DNA of 64,000 nucleotides from Mycoplasma sp. CAG:956 (GTDB lineage Bacteria; Bacillota_I; Bacilli_A; RF39; UBA660): NCBI GenBank assembly GCA_000433475.1, contig HF993083.1, positions 10,919 to 74,918 of the forward strand, read 5' to 3'. Shown piece by piece: positions 57,678 to 64,000 of this stretch (position 1 is its first letter; each line of letters starts with the position of its first letter). The notes under the pieces were generated by a model. It saw only the letters and a program-made list of their open reading frames with translations, ran no database searches and was not told where the DNA came from. The position numbers and the translations under genes were made by a program.

Positions 57678-59418
57678 AGAAGATAAAAATTTGAGTGTAT
57701 TAAACCATTCATGTGCTCATTTAATGGCACAAGCTGTTAAACATTTATATCCAAATGCTAAGTTTTGGGTAGGACCAGTAGTAGAAGAAGGTTTCTATTA
57801 TGATATGGATTTAGGAGATACAGTTTTAACCGAAGAAGATATTGAAAAAATTGCCAAAGAAATGAAGAAAATTGCTAAAGATGGTAAGAAAATAATTCGC
57901 CATGAAATTAGTAAGAAAGAAGCTTTAGAAATTTTTAAAGATGACCCATATAAGATAGATTTAATAGAAAATATGCCAGAAGATGAGGTTATTTCTTGTT
58001 ATAGTCAAGGTGATTTTACTGATCTTTGTCGTGGACCACATGTTGATAATGTTAAGTTACTTAAGAATTTTAAATTATTAAAATTTAGTGGTGCTTATTA
58101 TAAAGGCGACTCTAAAAACAAGATGTTGCAAAGAGTATATGGCGTTTGCTTTGATACACCAGAAGCTTTAGAAAAACATTTAGCGGAGTTGGAGGATGCT
58201 AAAGCAAGAGACCACAGAAAATTAGGTAAAGACCTAGGAATATTTATGTTTAGTGATTTAGTAGGAAAGGGACTTCCTATGTGGTTACCAAATGGCTTTA
58301 TTGTTCGTCGAAGTTTAGTTGATTATATTATGGATAAAGAGATTTCCCTAGGTTATCAACATGTTATGACACCTTCTCTTGGTAATGTTGAACTTTATAA
58401 AACTTCTGGTCACTGGGACCATTATAAAGATGATATGTTTCCTAAAATGGAACTTGATGATGAAGCTTACGTTTTAAGACCAATGAATTGTCCACATCAT
58501 ATGATGATGTTTAAAAATAGATTACATTCTTATCGTGATTTACCTATTAGAATTGCGGAGATTGCTAACGATTTTAGATATGAAGCAAGTGGCGCAGTAT
58601 GTGGTATTGAAAGAACTAGAGCCTTTACGCAAAATGATTCTCATATTTTCTGCCGTCCAGACCAAATTGAATCTGAGGTTAAAGGTGTAATTGATTTAAT
58701 TTTAGATGTTTATAAGGATTTTGGCTTTAAAGATTTTAAATTTAGATTATCACTTAGAGACACAAAGAACGTTGATAAATATTTTGGAAATGATGAATTA
58801 TGGGAAAAGAGTGAAAATGCCCTAAGAACTATTTTAAAAAATACAGGACATGAATATTATGAGGCAGAAGGTGAGGCTGCTTTCTATGGACCAAAGATTG
58901 ATGTTCAAGTAAGAAGTGCCATTGGACATGATGTTACATTATCAACTGTTCAATTAGATTACCAATTACCAGAGAGATTTGAATTAGAATATATTAATGA
59001 AGATAATGAAAAAGTAAGACCAGTAGTTATTCACCGTGCTATTTTAGGTTCACTTGATAGATTTATTGCTTTCCTTTTAGAAGAAACAAAAGGCTATCTA
59101 CCATTATGGCTTGCTCCTCATCAAGTAAATATTATTCCTGTTAATAATAATTATCATTTAGAGTATGCTAAAGAAGTAGAAGAATTATTAAGAAAGAATG
59201 GTATTAGAGTAAATCTTGATGATAGAGAAGAAAAAGTTGGTTATAAGATGCGTGAGGCAATCATGAGTAAGTATCCATATATTTTAGTGCTTGGAGATAA
59301 TGAAAAACAAAATAAGACTATTACTTATAGAACTAGTCAGAGTGAAGAAAAAGTTACTATTACTTTAGATGAATTTGCAAATAAAGTTGAAGAAGAAATT
59401 GAAAATAAGACTAGATAG
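57664..59418 (+). CDS. thrS: Threonine--tRNA ligase lacking the N-terminal TGS domain
   Basis: Starts directly at the editing domain (HSCAHLMAQA), class II core FRYEASGAVCGIERTRAFTQNDSHIF, anticodon-binding C-terminus. Confidence 0.93.
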   Translation: MINIKEDKNLSVLNHSCAHLMAQAVKHLYPNAKFWVGPVVEEGFYYDMDLGDTVLTEEDIEKIAKEMKKIAKDGKKIIRHEISKKEALEIFKDDPYKIDLIENMPEDEVISCYSQGDFTDLCRGPHVDNVKLLKNFKLLKFSGAYYKGDSKNKMLQRVYGVCFDTPEALEKHLAELEDAKARDHRKLGKDLGIFMFSDLVGKGLPMWLPNGFIVRRSLVDYIMDKEISLGYQHVMTPSLGNVELYKTSGHWDHYKDDMFPKMELDDEAYVLRPMNCPHHMMMFKNRLHSYRDLPIRIAEIANDFRYEASGAVCGIERTRAFTQNDSHIFCRPDQIESEVKGVIDLILDVYKDFGFKDFKFRLSLRDTKNVDKYFGNDELWEKSENALRTILKNTGHEYYEAEGEAAFYGPKIDVQVRSAIGHDVTLSTVQLDYQLPERFELEYINEDNEKVRPVVIHRAILGSLDRFIAFLLEETKGYLPLWLAPHQVNIIPVNNNYHLEYAKEVEELLRKNGIRVNLDDREEKVGYKMREAIMSKYPYILVLGDNEKQNKTITYRTSQSEEKVTITLDEFANKVEEEIENKTR

Positions 59419-59430
59419 TTTATTGTGATT

Positions 59431-59456
59431 AAAAAAGCAGGGAAACCTGCTTTTTT
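59431..59456 (+). terminator. Rho-independent terminator after thrS
   Basis: aaaaaagcagg gaaa cctgctttttt. Confidence 0.85.
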
Positions 59457-59500
59457 AAGTATTAATTTCATGAAACTGAGAATAATAAATTTTTTTGAAA

Positions 59501-59783
59501 TTTTCATAGAGTTACATACTCTATGAAAGTGAAATTTCATTATCTATTTTTAATTTATATATTAAATATATCATAAAAATAGGCTATTTACTATATAATT
59601 TTTTTCTTTTTATGGTCAAAATTGTGGTCAGAAAAAAATGTAAAGAAGCCAGTTATTATAGGGATTTGCAAGTGTAAAGTTAGAATTTATTTCGTTATTC
59701 TATTGTGGTCAAATTTCTAGTCAAAAGTACTTTGAAACCAGTATTCACCTAGGTTTATCATAAAGTATGTAACTCTAGGAAAA
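59501..59783. repeat. Inverted-repeat-bounded upstream module, copy 2
   Basis: 59501..59527 vs 59757..59783 match as reverse complements at 24/27. RGTCAR pairs start at 59614/59626 and 59707/59719. ccagtattcacctagg at 59738..59753. Confidence 0.8.
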
Positions 59784-59868
59784 GTGTAAAGTATGTAAAC
59801 TGGTTATAGTAAGACAGGTTAGTATTATTTATTTTTAATTGGTAATAATAGTAGTAGTTGGTGGCTTT

Positions 59869-61629
59869 ATGGAAAATAGTATTGGTAAAAAGAAAAAAGT
59901 AATTATTTTAGGAATAATTTGCTTAATAATTTTATTGAGTATTGGAGTGTCTTATGCTTATTGGAAGTTTGTATATATGCAAAGTGATAAAAATTTAGCA
60001 GTTAGTAAATGTTTAAAGTTAGAACTTTCTAATGAAGAAAACAATATTAATTTAACTAATATATATCCAATCAGTGATGACGAAGGAAAAAAATTAACTC
60101 CTTATACTTTTACTTTAACTAATACTTGTACGATATCAGCAAAGTATAGTGTTAATTTAGAAATGTTGGAAGGAACAACTTTAAATAGCAAATATTTGGA
60201 TGTTTTAGTAAATAATGGTGATATTAATTTACTAAGTAGTTATGACGAGACTAAAACAGTTGTGGCTGGTAGTGTGGAATCTCGTACTTTAGTTAGTGAT
60301 ATTTTAACACCAGGAGCCTCTAAAGATTATAGTTTATCAATTTGGATGGATAAAGATGTAACCTTAGATGATGATGCAGAAAATAAAATATTCCAATCAA
60401 AAGTAGTTATCGATGCCATAGCAACCACAACTATTGTTGATAATATAGTTTCACAGTTAGAGACTACAGGTAAGTGTCCAACAGTAAATGAAGCTGGATT
60501 TGTAGTAAAACCAGATGGAGAATCAGAAAGTGGTTACTTATGCAGTGCACCAGATGTTTATGGAACAAGTTATTATTATCGTGGAACAGTAGATAATAAT
60601 TATGTTTATTTTGCTGGATACTATTGGCGAATCGTAAGAATAAATGGTGATGGTTCCATAAGATTAATATATGATGGAACTATTCTTCATGAAAATGGTG
60701 AAGCAAGTGATGACCGACAAATTGGAACAAGTGTTTTTAATGTAAATATAGATGATAATGCAAGTATTGGTTATATGTATGGTAATCATTATGACATTTT
60801 GGAAGATTCAGATTATTATTCTACTTTTACTTGGTCAAATAAGGATAGTTATTATATATCAAAAGAATACATTTTTAATGATATTACAAAAAAATTTGAA
60901 TTAAAAAATCCTATTGCAATTTTGACTGGAAATTTAAATAATGATTATATTGGTTATTACACTACTAATAGTTTTAATCCTTCATCAAACAATAATATAT
61001 TGTATAAAATAACCGATATCACGACTGATGATTCAGAAACCAGAATTGCTTTTAAGAGAGTTTATTATGGTACAACTAGTAAAGAACAAGCTCAAACTAA
61101 TGAAAATGATTCAGATGTGAAATTATATTTAGATGGTTGGTATGAAAATAATATAAAGGGTAGTGAATATGACCAGTATGTAGTTGATAATATATACTGC
61201 AATGATAGAAAGGTAGTTTCAGGTTTAGGGTATGGCAAAGAATATACATCGTATAGATGGATTAGCTATTCTAGTAAGTTACTATTAACGTGTCCACAAC
61301 AGAACGATGCTTTTACAGTAAATGATATTAAATATGGTAATGGTTTTCTAAAGTATCCGATAGGCTTATTAAGTGCTGATGAATTTTGGCTAGCAGGTGG
61401 TAGTGGTTCTAGTAATTCAAATTTTTATTTATATACTGGTAATTTTGAATGGTTGATGTCACCTGTTCTTTATACTCGAAGTAGTACTCAAATGCGTGGT
61501 CAAGGTGATAATGGAAGTTTAGGTTATAATGATGCTATTAGTAAACATGGTATCCGTCCTGTTTTAAATTTGAAGTCTGATGCTTTAAAATACGGGGATG
61601 GTACCATGAATAATCCTTATCACATATAA
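59869..61629 (+). CDS. Large membrane-anchored/secreted protein, family paralog D (intact, different N-terminal module)
   Basis: GKCPTVNEAG, YGTSYYYRGTVDNNYVYFAGYYWRIVRINGDGSIRLIYDG, NIYCNDR, CPQQNDAFTVND, YPIGLLSADE, GIRPVLNLK. ATG 59869 (track ORF starts upstream at 59839). Confidence 0.8.
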   Translation: MENSIGKKKKVIILGIICLIILLSIGVSYAYWKFVYMQSDKNLAVSKCLKLELSNEENNINLTNIYPISDDEGKKLTPYTFTLTNTCTISAKYSVNLEMLEGTTLNSKYLDVLVNNGDINLLSSYDETKTVVAGSVESRTLVSDILTPGASKDYSLSIWMDKDVTLDDDAENKIFQSKVVIDAIATTTIVDNIVSQLETTGKCPTVNEAGFVVKPDGESESGYLCSAPDVYGTSYYYRGTVDNNYVYFAGYYWRIVRINGDGSIRLIYDGTILHENGEASDDRQIGTSVFNVNIDDNASIGYMYGNHYDILEDSDYYSTFTWSNKDSYYISKEYIFNDITKKFELKNPIAILTGNLNNDYIGYYTTNSFNPSSNNNILYKITDITTDDSETRIAFKRVYYGTTSKEQAQTNENDSDVKLYLDGWYENNIKGSEYDQYVVDNIYCNDRKVVSGLGYGKEYTSYRWISYSSKLLLTCPQQNDAFTVNDIKYGNGFLKYPIGLLSADEFWLAGGSGSSNSNFYLYTGNFEWLMSPVLYTRSSTQMRGQGDNGSLGYNDAISKHGIRPVLNLKSDALKYGDGTMNNPYHI

Positions 61630-61838
61630 AATTTAGATAAAAAAATTATAAATATTTTGCTATAAAAAAGTAGATATTTATGACTTTTTTTATACTTTAA
61701 TAATATAAAAAAAATTTATATTTAATTTGAATTTCAATGTATATAAACAATCTATTTTTCTTAGGTAAAAAGGCACTTTTTTAAAAAAAATATATCTATT
61801 AAACTTGGAAAAAATTTAAAATTATGGTAATGTATTAA

Positions 61839-63758
<1,920 letters not shown>

Positions 63759-63763
63759 AGAAA

Positions 63764-64000
63764 ATGCAGAATGAAACAGTAAAGAAAATTCAAGAATATG
63801 CTTTAGAAGAAATAATGGGTTTGCGTTTTGGAGCATATGCTAAAGAAATTATTCAAGATCGTGCAATTCCAGATGTTCGTGATGGTTTAAAACCAGTTCA
63901 AAGAAGAATTCTATATGATATGTATATTAATCATAATGATTCAGCTCATCCTTTTACTAAATGTGCAAAAACAGTTGGGGATGTTTTAGGTAAATTCCAT
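63764..64000 (+). CDS. parC: Topoisomerase IV subunit A (ParC), 5' part only
   Basis: ATG 63764; [21 protein letters not shown] (Gln as in Bacillota ParC, His in GyrA); frame open to the window end. Confidence 0.7.
   Translation, partial: MQNETVKKIQEYALEEIMGLRFGAYAKEIIQDRAIPDVRDGLKPVQRRILYDMYINHNDSAHPFTKCAKTVGDVLGKFH

Noticed and set aside
1558-59540. Short ORFs from the track lying antisense to or out of frame within larger genes (1558..1791-, 4451..4708-, 8214..8420-, 9781..9972-, 12569..12757-, 17021..17227-, 27061..27243-, 28323..28508+, 28856..29083+, 29639..29824+, 40749..40931+, 51963..52220-, 51997..52245+, 52661..52870-, 54141..54329-, 56044..56265-, 59337..59540-)
   Set aside because: Each is fully or largely embedded in a longer ORF with clear family motifs. 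They have low-complexity Ile/Leu/Phe/Asn-rich translations typical of AT-rich antisense frames and no RBS. 59337..59540- also runs through the thrS terminator.

Overview
AT-rich (well under one-third G+C by eye) chromosomal segment of a low-GC Bacillota-type bacterium. It uses the standard code: TGA terminates prp, the histidine kinase and others, and Trp is TGG throughout long ORFs. Almost everything is on the + strand. Core content: RluB-like pseudouridine synthase, U32 peptidase, processive GT2, a translationally coupled dnaE-polC pair, the rplU-prp-rpmA operon, T-box-controlled trpS and thrS, tRNA-Arg(CCU), cysteine desulfurase, yunB/yutD-like genes and parE-parC. Accessory-looking content: (i) A four-member family of large membrane-anchored or secreted proteins: two intact, one promoterless internally deleted cassette, one frameshifted copy. 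Each intact copy is preceded by the same ~290-bp module, bounded by 27-bp inverted repeats and filled with RGTCAR hexamer pairs spaced 12 bp apart. This is my top candidate for an undescribed switch or variation system. (ii) An orphan HerA/FtsK-type ATPase with a disrupted downstream partner. (iii) An OmpR-type two-component system followed by an acyl-AMP ligase / carrier protein / PPTase / double-GT8 / LPLAT cluster. (iv) Tandem sigma-70 paralogs sharing an unknown N-terminal domain. (v) A 287-nt RNA-like fold (34 bp of closing helix including G-U pairs) that exactly encloses a 55-codon CxxC...CxxH ORF, inside a 572-bp gene-free gap. No CRISPR array, transposase, integrase or prophage genes were seen. 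All family names come from motif recognition by eye; nothing was verified by database search.
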